Shown one piece after another: positions 1 through 11,726 of a stretch of 64,000 bases of DNA. Numbering within the stretch: position 1 is the stretch's first letter; each line of letters opens with the position of its first letter. A program made the position numbers and the translations under genes. The notes under the pieces are model-generated. The model was not told where the DNA came from, searched no databases, and worked only from the letters and a program-made list of their open reading frames with translations. Source of the stretch: Nemertoderma westbladi (taxonomy: Eukaryota; Animalia; Xenacoelomorpha); the NCBI GenBank assembly GCA_032718475.1, contig JAUCBJ010007566.1, forward strand, positions 56,018-120,017. Reading direction: 5' to 3'.

Positions 1-3000
1 TTCTACCGATCGGACTCTTCCGTCCTCGTCGGAGTAGGTGCCTACGACTCTCGCCAACCGCCACTGGTTGTTGATGATAGTATCATCCGTGACGATTACG
101 AGATCTCCCTCTCTTAACTCCCTGTTCGGCTTCCTCCACTTGCTTCGCTTATGGAGCGTGGGTAGGTATTCTTCGACCCACCTCCTCCAATACTCTGCGC
201 TTATCGCTTTAGCGACTTTCCAACTCTGGCGGGAATGTATATGATCTGGGTCTACACCCCGCATATCGATGGTCGCTGGCCTTTCCATCAGAAAATGGCT
301 AGGCGTCAACACGTCTAACGACTCAGGGTCATCATTCTCCGGGTATAGCGGTCTGCTATTAATGATCCCCTCGCACTTCGCAAGTACTGTCCGTAAGACG
401 TCCTCAGTGACCATGTGGGTGTTCATTAACTTCGTCATTAGGCGCTTTGAACTACCCACCAGTCTCTCGACGCATCCTAGCGTATGTGGTGCATACGGCG
501 TCCTTCTCTCCCACTTTACTTGTCGTCTTCTCATGGCCGCCCTGACTTCTTCTCCTTCTAAGATTTCCAAGGCTTCTGCCATCTCACTCTCTGCGCCCAC
601 AAAGTTGGTGCCGTTGTCGCTATATATCACTGCGATCGTCCCACCTTTGCGGTCCCTAAACCTTTCTAAGGCGTTAATGAATGCTGATGCGGTTGCATCT
701 TGGGCGAGTTCTATCCCTACCGCCCGTGTATTGTTGCATACGAAGATAATACCGTAGCGTTTCTCCGTGTGTCGCATCACCTTGATCTTTATCGGCCCGA
801 ACATGTCCACACCGCAATGCGTAAATGGCGGGTCGTGCTGTCTTACCCTACTCGCCGGTAGTGGCGCCATCTCCTGTACAGCTCGCTCCTTTTTCGCCCG
901 TCGGCAGGTCTGGCACTGCCCCACTACCGCTTTAACCTTCTTCCTTAGTTGTTTGACCCAATAGGTCCTCCTTATCTCTGTGAGGGTTCGGTTAGTGCCC
1001 CCATGCAATATCGATTTGTGGGAGTTCCATATGATCTGGTGGACTATAGGCGATCCTGTGGGAATGATGATGGGTTTCGGTGGCACGACTATACTGTTGT
1101 TATATCCCACCCTAGAATTCATTACTAGAATCCCATCCTCGTTGAGTTGTGGCGACAGCGTAGTCAACTCGCTTTCCCGTCGGAGGTGCTGTTGGTTGCC
1201 GACACGTTCCACCTCGTCGCCGTAGTTCTTCCGTTGTTCATAGCGGATTATTGCCTTGGCCGCTCCTTCCAGATCTATGGTTGTCCTGATCTTCTTGTCC
1301 TTGCCGACTCCCGCAAGGAAATTCCCAAAGGCTCTCCAGTACGCCACTAATTTCTTGGTCTTATACCAACTAGAACTGTAGCTGAGGAGTTTATCCGTCG
1401 GGTTATCGCACAGTTCCCTTCCTGGTTGCACGTCCCTAATCTCCCTCACCATCTGGGAGTATATCTCTTCTCCCTCTGAGTCTCCCTCTTCTCCCTCTGA
1501 TATTGGTTCCGAGCCCGGGTCCACCTTCCTCATCGGCGGCCAGGCCTCCCTATCGCTCAGAAATTGTGGCCCATGTTGCCACAATACTTCCTTCTTTAAG
1601 AAAGTGTGGCGTTCCACGCCCCTTGACAGCAAGTCCGCTGGGTTCTCGTCTGTTGGGCAGTAGTGCCACCTTTCCAGTTCTGTGCTCGCCCTTATTTCGT
1701 CCACTCTATTCGCGACGAATATCGGGTACCTCGTCTTTTCGTTGTGTAGCCAACCAAGCACTACCATGGAGTCTGTCCAGTAGTGTGTCTCCACTATGTT
1801 GGGAATTGTATCCACTAGGTAGGCTGTGGCCCTAACTCCTAGTCTCGCAGCTGTCAATTCTAACTTGGGAACAGATGCTGAATCTGGCGGCGTTGACTTA
1901 GCTTTGCTAAAGGCTAGTCTGGGCTTGTGAGCCCCCTCTCGTTGTACTAAATAGAGTGCCGCTCCGTATGCCTCTAACGATGCGTCGGAGAACATATGTA
2001 GGTCCAGATTCGTCATGTTCCCGTCCGGGAAATACACTCGCGGCATGTTGTATGTTCCCATCCTTTCCAAGTCTCCTGTCCATTTGCTCCACTGTTTCTT
2101 GATGTCCTCTGGTACCTCTACGTCCCACTCATCCTTCAATTTATATACTCTCTTGAGTATCTGTTTCCCCGTGACTAGTAATGGGGATGCTAGGCCTAGG
2201 GGATCGTATATCCTTGCTATATACGATACATAACCCCTCTTCGTATGGGTGTCTGCGCCCTCCTGGCTCAGCTGATACTTCAGTTCGTCCGTTTTCCTAT
2301 CCCACACGATTCCCAATGCCTTCTGCTGGGATTCCGTTCTCTTAATCGCCATGTCCTGTCCTTTGGCTGTTGTAGGGTTGTCCATGGTCGATTCTGGTTT
2401 CTTGTCCTCTATTTTCTTGATAAATTCTTCTGAACTGGATTGGAATTTGGTCAGGTTGAAGCCGGATCCTTTCAGGATGTCGCGAACTTCGCGCCCTGTT
2501 TCCAGTATCTCCTCAACCGTATTTCCAGACTCCATACCGTCGTCTACGTAGAAGCCGCGTCGGATCATATCGACGGCCCTACTGCTGTATCTATCTTCCT
2601 TCCCCTTCACCGTGTCTCTCACTGCCATAGTCGTCGTAAATGAGGACGACTTGGCCCCCATGTTTTGTACTACCATCTTATACGCTGGTATTATCGGCGG
2701 TTCTTCTTCGCCGTTATACCATAAGAAGCGTTGACTGTCACTGTCTTCTTCCGTTACACGGACCTGGTTGAACATGCCTTCTATGTCACACGTGAAGGCG
2801 TGTTTCCCATTCCTAAATCTAAGTAGTACTTCTATCCCCGAATTGTATATGTTTGGGCCCTCTAGTAGGTAGTCGTTTAAGCACTTTCCGTCGGTCTTTG
2901 CCGATGCATCGACTACCATCCTAAGTTTACCTTTCTTTGGGTCTAAAGCTACGTGGAGTGGCAGGTAATATGTCCTGTCCGTGTTCGGCTCGTCGACCGG

Positions 3001-6000
3001 TAACTCCACGGCCCATCCTTTCTCGACGTACTTCTTAATGGTTTTGTGAATGTACTCGTTCTTCTCGGGGCTCCGTTGTAGTGTTTGTTTCAGCTTGCGG
3101 AGTCTCGTGAGTACCATCCTTCTATTATCGGGTAACGGTATCTTCGGTAGTTTCCATACCATTCCTATAGTATACCGCCCCTCATCACACGTCATCGATT
3201 CCTCCACACTTTGTAGAGCCTGCTTGTCTTCTACCGAGGTCCCGACCCCGGTCTCTTTCAGTCCCTCAAAGTCTTGTCTGAGCAGTCTTTTAAGCTGCTC
3301 CTCTGCTCCCTCATCACCCATTTCTTGCATTGTTCCCGCGAACATGCATCCTGATGTCTCCGACATCCTGAATGGTATCTTGCTCTTAATTGGACCACTC
3401 AGCGTCCACCCGAATGGCGTTAATATGGCCACCGGGTCGCTCTGCTTGTCTTCGCCGAAGACCGTTTGCTTTCTCTCGTGGGCCGTTGGGCAGTCCATGC
3501 CTACTATGATGGATACCTTCCTAACGTCCACGTCTGGGATTGAGAAGTCAATGTTGTCCAGGAATTTGTATTGCTCGACCTCGATGTTGGTCGGCCGCCT
3601 GGCATTGATGTTAATTGACTCTATTTCTTGGATGGGGTCGATGGTTGCCCCATAATCGCATCCTGGTGCCACTGCTGCAATTGCGCACCGTCCTGTCCTC
3701 ATCTCTAGGATCTCGTCTTTGCTAGAGATGGTTGTCACCGCCATCCTGCTTGGTCTCGTTCTCAACCCTATTTCTTCGGCTACCCATTCCTCAACTAATG
3801 TGAAGGCAGCTCCACTATCAACCAGCATTAGTGTTGTTACTGATCGATTGCCTTCCCAGATCACTCGTACTGGTACTACTCCAAGTAGCACTGTGCCTCT
3901 TTTCTTCGCCCCTACCGTGCTCGTTGCCATCGTTTGGCCTCTCCTTTGGCCAAACTTGACCGGCTTCTCTTGGCATTCCCTGGCCTTGTGTCCACTCTTC
4001 ACACATCGCGAGCAGATTTTATTGCTCGACGCGTAATCTATCTGGTCTTGCCTCGGTAGCGCCTGCCAGTACCTGCAATTCATGGTTTTATGAAGCGCAT
4101 TTGCGTGTAACTGGCATTTGCTCTTTGGGTCGTAGCCCTCTTTATACAATGCATTGCGTATCGCAGTTATATTCGTACCAAAGTCCCTACTATTCTTATT
4201 GACTGGGTTTGGCCTACTGGACGTACTGGGGTTATGTTTATTCATGTTGTTATTGTTCCCCTGTCCGTCCCTTGATGTTGTCTTATCTTCGTTTGTCTGT
4301 GGACTTGCAGTCCCCTGCGTCGCTGCATATGGCAATGATTGCCTGAGTCTCGGTAACGCGTTCGATGTGTTGTGCTCTGGTTTTGGTCTATGGTAGTCTG
4401 TCTTTGGTCCCTTTCCCAGGCTGTCTTCACTATAGACTGGGTCCGTTATTAGTTCGGCCTCGTAATTTAAGAAGTTTGACATTTCTTCTAAACCCGGTTC
4501 CGCACCCTTCTTGTCTCGAGTGGAGAAAGCGATCTTCCTCCATTTGTTGCGCAGCCAGCTCGGTAGTGCCTGCGCTATCGTGGTGATGTTATTGGACGCG
4601 TTGAGCTCGTATGGCGCGTCTAGCGTCTTCAGCACGATCAGCGCCTTCTCGACTTTGTTAGCAAACGTCTTAATGCTAACGGGGTTATCCTGTAGGCCAC
4701 CCGATGTTATGCCTCTCAGCGTCTGCCTGATGATCTTGGCCGGGTGCCCGTATTCCCTATCCAGTGCCCGCCATGCTGTCGTGAAGCCGCCCTCTATTCC
4801 TTGGTATTGCCTCACGATATCATATGCTGGGCCTCCCGTGTACACTTGTAGATACTTTAGGCACTCCGCCTGCGTCAAGTTTTTTGTTAGTATTTCGTTA
4901 CTATACATTCGCCGAAATTGTAAATATTCTTCCGGCCTACTCCCGTCGAACTTGAATGGTTCCACGGGTGGTAACTCGATCCTCGTTTTCAAAGCATCGA
5001 TCAACGTGGCCATCCCTATCGCCTGCGCTTCCAATGGATTCGACGGGTGCTGTATAGTTTCCCTTGTCTGGTGCGTTCCGTCTGTCCTATTTCTTGACTT
5101 TCTCTGGCTTGGGTATGTCATTGGGGGTAGCGGCCCCCTCCATATATCTGTGTCACACGATCTGTTTTCGTCCAAGGGTCTCGTTGTTCTTGCTACCATC
5201 GGGGTATATTGTTGATATTGTGATGGGGGAATGTCACCCTGTCCCCCCCCCCCCACCGGTATGTCTGGTACTGGGGTTGATGTTAATATGTTGGGGCCCA
5301 TGCACCTATCCGCAATAATTCCCCCCTCCCCTGGGTATATGTTATGTCCCTGCATGCTGTAGTCATACTGCTGTGCTGGTACCGGTATAGGCCTATCAGC
5401 TTCTGGCCTACCCGCCGGAATGTATTCCGCGACTTCCGGGTTTAATCCCGTTGTCCACGCTATCCTATCGCCTACATTGCCTCTCTCGGTATGGCCTACG
5501 GTATGTGCAGTAAGGCCTATAGTATGTCCTACAGTCTGCATGTGTTGTTCGGGATCGAAGTTTATTCTTCTCGAATAATCCTCCCCGCGGCTACCGTAAT
5601 CTCGTCCGGTAGGTACATTCCGTCGGAAAGTTTCTCTCCGACCCCCCTCTCTACTGTTCTCATCCTCGTTCTGGTACATCGCGTACCCCTCTCTCGGCAT
5701 GCAATGCGCCTCGCCGGGTCGCATCTCTCCGGGGCGACGGCAATCTCCCGGAGTCCGACCCCACTGACTCTCCGTTCTCATCTCGACTACCGACGGCTCG
5801 CTGTCCGTCCTCGCTCTTCTATCGTTTGCGGCGATACTTCTACTACTGTCTTCCTTTCTTCTCGTATCAGTGGAATATTCCCGCTCGCGAGATCTCTCGT
5901 CGACCTCCCGGTTAAACCCCACTGTTCTTCTTTCCTCCTCTGATTGGGCTCGACGCTTCGTCCGCCCTCCCGCAACGTCAACCTGTCTTTCCTTGCCCGG

Positions 6001-6174
6001 TCGCACGTCGCTGGGGATACTCGTAATCCCCCTATTACTTTCCGTCGCTGGTTGTTGCGGTTTACCTATTTCGGCCCTCGCATTATCCGCTGACGGCTGT
6101 GGGACACTCTCTGCCCCCCCCTTCTCGCCGCTAACTCTCTGTTGTGGGGCCCTCGTAGCCCCCCCCCCCACTCG
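1..6174 (-). CDS. BEL/Pao Gag-Pol polyprotein, main open frame (>2000 codons, runs off left edge)
   Basis: Manual translation: Gag core (ELPPVEPFKFDGSRPEEY), Cys/His knuckles (CSRCVKSGHKAREC), protease LVDSGA (~3815), RT FYVDDG (~2540), RNase H FSDAS and WTDS, NPADL, integrase CGVDMFGP / SDNGTNF / ERLV, C-terminal WRLARVV...DGRVRSV. Absent from the ORF track, consistent with no stop before the edge. Confidence 0.9.
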
Positions 6175-8276
6175 CTACATCTAACTTCGCTACCTCTTTC
6201 CCCGCTATTATATACCTCTCTAGTCGACACATCAACCCTACCACAGTCGGGTCTGTTCACCCTCGCCTCTCCCTCTGTTATTGCATGGCCTACCAGACCC
6301 TCTACTCCCTGCCTACCAACTACGTGGCCTACCAGGCCCTCTGCTCCCTGTCTACTAACTACGTGGCCTACCAGGCCCTCTGCTCCCTGTCTACTAACTA
6401 CGTGGCCTACCAGGCCCTCTGCTCCCTGTCTACTAACTACGTGGCCTACCAGGCCCTCTGCTCCCTGTCTACTGACTACGTGGCCTACCAGGCTCTCTTC
6501 CGCCTGGTTATGTAGGCCCGACGTGTTTACATTAATAGCACCCATATTAGAAACGGAATCAATTTGCTCGTTTGAAACAAAACCATTTGCATTATTCTGC
6601 GCGACTACGTTATCTGAATTATTTTGTAAATTCGGGCTGAGATCATTATTTAAATTATTCGAATTATTCTGTGTAATTGCGTTATTTAAGTTATTTTGTA
6701 GGTCCGAATTCGGATTATTATTTTGATTATTTGAATTATTTTGCGTAACTACATCAACATTAGGATTATTTTCTACATTAGTATTGGGATTATTCTGATT
6801 TAAATTTAAATTACTACCACTAGGCAAAGTATTTCCTGCAATAAAGGTTTGATTAGTGTTATCCCATACGGTACTATTAATATCAACAACGTCTACTGTA
6901 CCATTATTATTATTACCCCCCCCGCCCGTACGGTTACACCAGTTTTGGGTCTGTCGTGCGGTCCCTGTCAGTGGGGTGTTAATGAACGTGTCTACGGCTC
7001 CTGGCTCCTCAAAAATACTCGAGCCGGCCCCGCTTTCAGACGGCAACACTCGGACCAATTCCAGCTCGTGCGCCCGTCTAATCTTATTTTTTTTTGCCGA
7101 TACACCTTGGCGTTTCTCTAATTCCCTTAACTCTCGCTCAGCCTTTGCCCCTCTCTCCTCACTCTCCTGGCTGTCCCGTCTGGCCGACTCTACTACACTC
7201 CTAGCGCTCTCCCTTCGTCTCGCCTCACGTTCTTTGCGTTCCTTTTCCCTTCTTGCCTCATATTCCTTGCGTTCCTTTTCCCTTCTTACCTCACGTTCCT
7301 CGCGTTCCTCGTCCCTTTTTGCCTCACGTTCCTCGCGTTCCTCGTCCTCCCTTGCCTCACGCTCTCTGCGTTCCCTTTCCTCCCTAGCCTCACGCTCTCT
7401 ACACTCCTTTTCCTCTATTTCGTCACTCTCCCTAAGTCTCCTCAAAGCCCTTTCGACCCTCTCACCGTTCTCTTTAATCAATGCCGCTTCCCTCGCTAAC
7501 CGCGCTCTCCCCTCCTCTAGCCGTTCCTCCATTTCCTTCTGACCTTGCTCTGCCACGTCGAGGCGGTATGCGGCACCTATCTCTCTCACCACTCTTTCTT
7601 TCGCGGAGGATGTAACAGACTTATCGGTTATGACGGACTTCCCCCGCCTTCCCGACCTACTAACTTTCCCCGGCCTCCCGGAGCTTTCTCCGACCGACGA
7701 GGCCGAATCCTCGGGGTTAACCTCGGATTCGCCCCCTTCGAGTCCCCTCCAACCCACTGGTTTTACTCCCCGGGCATCGACCAAGTATGGCCCTATGTAC
7801 ACTGGCGCTACACTAGGTTCCATACTCCCACACTCCCATAGTTCAAACAATTCGCCGGCTATCCTTTCTGCTCTCTCCCCGGCCAGTTCTCTCTGCCCAA
7901 AACGTATTAGGTAATTTAAGTGTCTATCCGACTCACCTAGTCGCTTTCTCAGTCTCACCTCGTCTACCTTCGCCCCTTTCTTCTTGGCATCGTTTATCAG
8001 CTTCCGGGTCGCGTTGTAGGCCCGTCGAAGTCGCTCAGAAACCCCGACGTCCTCGTCGCCGACCTCTCCTCTGTCCCTCCGGGTTCGACGTCGTACCGGC
8101 GGCTCCACCGTCGCCGTTCCGGTGGGCCGTCCGTCGCCCTCGGCCTGTAGCTGGCCGGCGACATCGGTACCAATCTCTCCTCCGTCTCTTCGGCGTCCGG
8201 CGTCGCACCGTCGGCCCCACCGTCGCCGTTTCGGTGGGCCGCTCGTCGCCCTCGGCCGGTAGCTGGCCGGCGACAT
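6066..8276 (-). CDS. N-terminal Gag-region segment of element A (Glu/Arg coiled coil, Asn-rich tract, 13-aa repeats)
   Basis: 736-aa ORF overlapping the main frame across a G11 run at 6159-6169; one extra base would fuse them. Confidence 0.7.
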   Translation of the reverse strand: MSPASYRPRATSGPPKRRRWGRRCDAGRRRDGGEIGTDVAGQLQAEGDGRPTGTATVEPPVRRRTRRDRGEVGDEDVGVSERLRRAYNATRKLINDAKKKGAKVDEVRLRKRLGESDRHLNYLIRFGQRELAGERAERIAGELFELWECGSMEPSVAPVYIGPYLVDARGVKPVGWRGLEGGESEVNPEDSASSVGESSGRPGKVSRSGRRGKSVITDKSVTSSAKERVVREIGAAYRLDVAEQGQKEMEERLEEGRARLAREAALIKENGERVERALRRLRESDEIEEKECREREAREERERREREAREDEEREEREAKRDEEREEREVRREKERKEYEARREKERKEREARRRESARSVVESARRDSQESEERGAKAERELRELEKRQGVSAKKNKIRRAHELELVRVLPSESGAGSSIFEEPGAVDTFINTPLTGTARQTQNWCNRTGGGGNNNNGTVDVVDINSTVWDNTNQTFIAGNTLPSGSNLNLNQNNPNTNVENNPNVDVVTQNNSNNQNNNPNSDLQNNLNNAITQNNSNNLNNDLSPNLQNNSDNVVAQNNANGFVSNEQIDSVSNMGAINVNTSGLHNQAEESLVGHVVSRQGAEGLVGHVVSRQGAEGLVGHVVSRQGAEGLVGHVVSRQGAEGLVGHVVGRQGVEGLVGHAITEGEARVNRPDCGRVDVSTREVYNSGERGSEVRCSEWGGGLRGPHNRELAARRGGQRVSHSRQRIMRGPK
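6286..6495 (-). repeat. 39-bp coding tandem repeat (GLVGHVVSRQGAE) x~5.5
   Basis: Visible in DNA and translation. Confidence 0.9.
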
Positions 8277-8502
8277 CGGCGTGCCGTTCTCGGTTTCGTG
8301 TCGACTCGTCTCCTTCTCCCTCCATCTCGCTCTCTTTCTCTCTTAGCTCGACTTCGGGTCCCAGGCCCCCCTCATCCTCAACTTCCGGTTCGCCCGTTAT
8401 CGATGGCTCCGGCGTCGTGGGCCTGTATCGCTTGGTCGCGGCCTCGCGGATCGTTTGATCTTCGTCCGGGGTCCGCGTCGGTGTCTCGCCCGATTCACTC
8501 AT
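8035..8502 (-). CDS. Probable true start of element A polyprotein (frameshifted near 8190)
   Basis: ATG at 8502, 80 bp from the LTR; shares a duplicated peptide (DVAGQLxAEGDxRPTxTATV) with the next ORF in another frame. Confidence 0.6.
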   Translation of the reverse strand: MSESGETPTRTPDEDQTIREAATKRYRPTTPEPSITGEPEVEDEGGLGPEVELREKESEMEGEGDESTRNRERHADVAGQLPAEGDERPTETATVGPTVRRRTPKRRRRDWYRCRRPATGRGRRTAHRNGDGGAAGTTSNPEGQRRGRRRGRRGF

Positions 8503-8582
8503 CTCGTCTGGTCGGTGGAGTTCGGCTAGCTAGCAGTGTAGTTCTTAGAGTTTAACTGGGGCGGCAGCTCGGATTTAGTTAC

Positions 8583-9122
8583 TGTGACGGGATCCAGGAG
8601 GGATCCCGATTTATCCGATGTGGTAATTTAGTCCACGCGTCCCCGCCGTGTATAAGGGTGAAATAAAGTAACTGAGTTCTGGAGTTCGGTGTATAATAAT
8701 AATAGGGCATAGGATATAGATATAGATATAATGTGTACAAGGCGGGATACGGTAACTAAAGTCCCGTGATCCCCTAACTAAACTAATTGACTGTACCCTA
8801 CGCTAGCACTGCTGCACTGAGATAACTGAATCACTGATTAATAGGTTATTGGTTATATTGCACGGTGGCCTTACTGCTACTCAATCGATGCCATTCCCCC
8901 CTCTGATTGGTTAATACCCTTGTTGGCGCCCCGTGGAGTATTCCCATTCACTCCACCTGTTCTCCCTGGGTTAGGGGTTTGGCCCCTGACCCTCTATTGT
9001 GTGCTTCCTTCCCACTCTTATTGGGATGGCACGAGTTGGTTAATTGCCCAATCTCGTGGCTCCCAATATTGCTTATCGGCTTACAACTTTATGGGGTGTT
9101 GGCGGGATTGAATAAGCTAACA
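8583..9122 (-). repeat. 5' LTR of element A (540 bp)
   Basis: TGT...ACA termini; right edge coincides exactly with the start of homology to 17707 onward. Partner LTR not in window. Confidence 0.7.
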
Positions 9123-11708
9123 TAAACTACAGGACATGCAGACTCCGAAATGATTAGGTAGTATGCGTTCTAACCCAGTAGTACGACTTATTCTTTAGAT
9201 GGGGGTTTACCTTACAGCTTTTGGCTGCCCCTACTTCCTAACCGTTCTTTATCGGACAGAGGCTCTACACACACTGCAATCCGTTCAGACCTAATAACAG
9301 CCAGACAACTATCCAGCCGACAAATTATCTAAATAAATATTATACGCTACCTGTACAGACTACACAAACAAAGTACAGACTAAACGATGGCAGACTACTC
9401 TCAAGCCTAAATAAACTACAGGACATGCAGACTCCGAAATGATTAGGTAGTATGCGTTCTAACCCAGTAGTACGACTTATTCTTTAGATGGGGGTTTACC
9501 TTACAGCTTTGGCTGCCCCTACTTCCTAACCGTTCTTTATCGGACAGGTGATCTACACACACTGCAATCCGTTCGGACTTAACAGCAATCAGACAACAGC
9601 CCAGCCTACAAATTGTCTGTACAATATGATCAGGCTTACACGCCTTCTGTTCAATACTGGCCTATAAATAAATAAAACTGACAGAAATAAGTAAGCTCCA
9701 AAAGAAACAAGGGGTGTACAGTCCCTAATCTCTTAAACAGCCTACCGGTATACAATAATCAAATCGAATAATACTAATGTACTTATACGGGAAGTACCTG
9801 TTAGGACAGTTGGGCCTACGGACCTACAGAAGTACCGGTTCTGGCAGTTGGACCTACGGACCTACGGCAGTACCGGTTCTGGCAGTTGGGCCTACTGACC
9901 TACAGATGTACCGTTCAGGTTTACCGGTTGACCGGTACTTTCAACTTTATTGCTCACTGCAATAAAGAAGCAATATCCGTTATTGTTCGCGCTTTCAGAC
10001 CTTTGGCAGTTTAACCCGCCAAATTAGGATGTCTTCTAGATAATAAATCACTTTTAGCCTCTGACAAGTATTTGATTCACTACACTAGTCGAAACCAATC
10101 GTTGCGCGATCATTCACCCGCTGGATATACCCGGGAGATTGGGTTCGACGGCTTAATCTTATTGCTATGTAAGCCTAATGTATTATTCGACTGACAGTAT
10201 TATATAATCTCTGACAATATTATTCACCTTCGGGGAATATTAACAGTTCCTTTAGGACGTGGCGCTCTATCTATATAAACAGAGTTATGACTTAAACTAC
10301 TCACAACGATATGGCTTAGTTACAATTCACATATATGGCGCATTCTTTAGGAAATGCTTCGTTATCAGTCTCGCTCATACACAACGCTGCACAATACTGC
10401 ACACTGATCTGCCGATCTTCACTGATTTTAGTCACATATTAAAGGAACACAGACCGACTCATGTAGGGTCTATCAAATAACATCAGATTCACTTCAAACC
10501 ACTTTAACATAAGTCACAATCGTTATATGTAACCTGTCTCTCTTACCTTCTGTATATCAAGAATATTGGGTTTTCGGGGTTATTTATCGTTATTCCAAAT
10601 AAAATAATTCATCAACCATATTATGAAGAACTGACAGTAAATAGCAGTATAACAATATAAAGTATGCACAGGTATATTAGATTAGGTATGTTGCGTTGAT
10701 TGAGTATGGGCCAGTTAACCAGTGGCCAGTGTGCCGTGGTTTGTTTGCAAGTTTGAGACAATCAGATAACGGATATATGTCCTTATAATTAAGCCTACTA
10801 GTGTTAGGCTAAAACAGAAAAGCACAAAATATTCCCAAGCCGCTCTCTCCTGGCTCAGGACAGAATGTAAACACTGCCCATAATGCATTGCGTGATTTCT
10901 AGGAAATTTCTGTACAAGAGCCATAAAAATGCTCTGATTGGCTGACTGAACTGAGAGACGCCGTAGAACAAAGAAAATCGACACGTATGAATATCAGCTG
11001 TTAACCGTCGTCATAGTAACTACTGTTCAAGAGGAGCTATCACCTTTTGCGTCACGGAATTGCCATAGAATCATCAACTATGCCTTTCACAGTACACATA
11101 CGGAGGAAATAGCTCTTAGATCCTCTAAAAAACACCGATACAGCAATAATACGGTCTCTTACACCTATTAAATCAACTACAGAGTATTTTAATGTAAAAA
11201 TAATAAAAATAACGGGGCAATTCAGCAAAGGCTTTTACAATCACGCTACTATATGTATTATTTAATATAAGGTAGAAGAGCAATATCGCACGAAGCAATG
11301 TCAGTGAGAAAAGGCAAGTCGTTTCCAAGGTCTACCCAGAGCTTGGTTTAGCCGAGACACGAGGATCTGAACTTTGCATTCCTAATACTCTGCCTACCAA
11401 TAATACTTAAATATAGTAGGGGCTTTATTGTACTTTAATAAGTACGGACATTTCATCTTACTGTAGTCACGTATTTATAATATGATATGGACAGTAAGGA
11501 AAGAGAAAAAATTATTTCTCGCCGTCACACTAAATATATATTGTATATATGTAATTACGTAATAAACACTAATATATTGCACTAATCTACCAAATAATCT
11601 AAAATAACCTTCTACTAAATAAAATTAAAGAAAACGATTATAATAAAATTACATAATAATACATACATAAATATAAAATAAAAACAAATATAAAATGATA
11701 TAGTCACA
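9123..11708 (-). repeat. Putative 3' LTR of element B (at least 2.6 kb, cut by element A)
   Basis: Starts TGT after a PPT-like tract; 9123-~11150 is colinear with ~17707-19710; internal ~290-bp tandem duplication. Confidence 0.6.
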
Positions 11709-11726
11709 CGCCCACTCCAGATGTTA

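Larger units (their letters stand above)
1..9122 (-). mobile_element. BEL/Pao LTR retrotransposon, element A (3' end outside window)
   Basis: Minus-strand domain order Gag-PR-RT-RH-IN with BEL-type motifs; 5' LTR at 8583-9122. Confidence 0.93.

Noticed and set aside
38-8555. Many + strand ORFs over element A
   Set aside because: Antisense shadows of the minus-strand gag-pol frame.
10340-10375. Possible hammerhead ribozyme in the LTR-like flank
   Set aside because: Minus strand reads CTGATAA, not CTGAnGA, and no supporting stems were seen.
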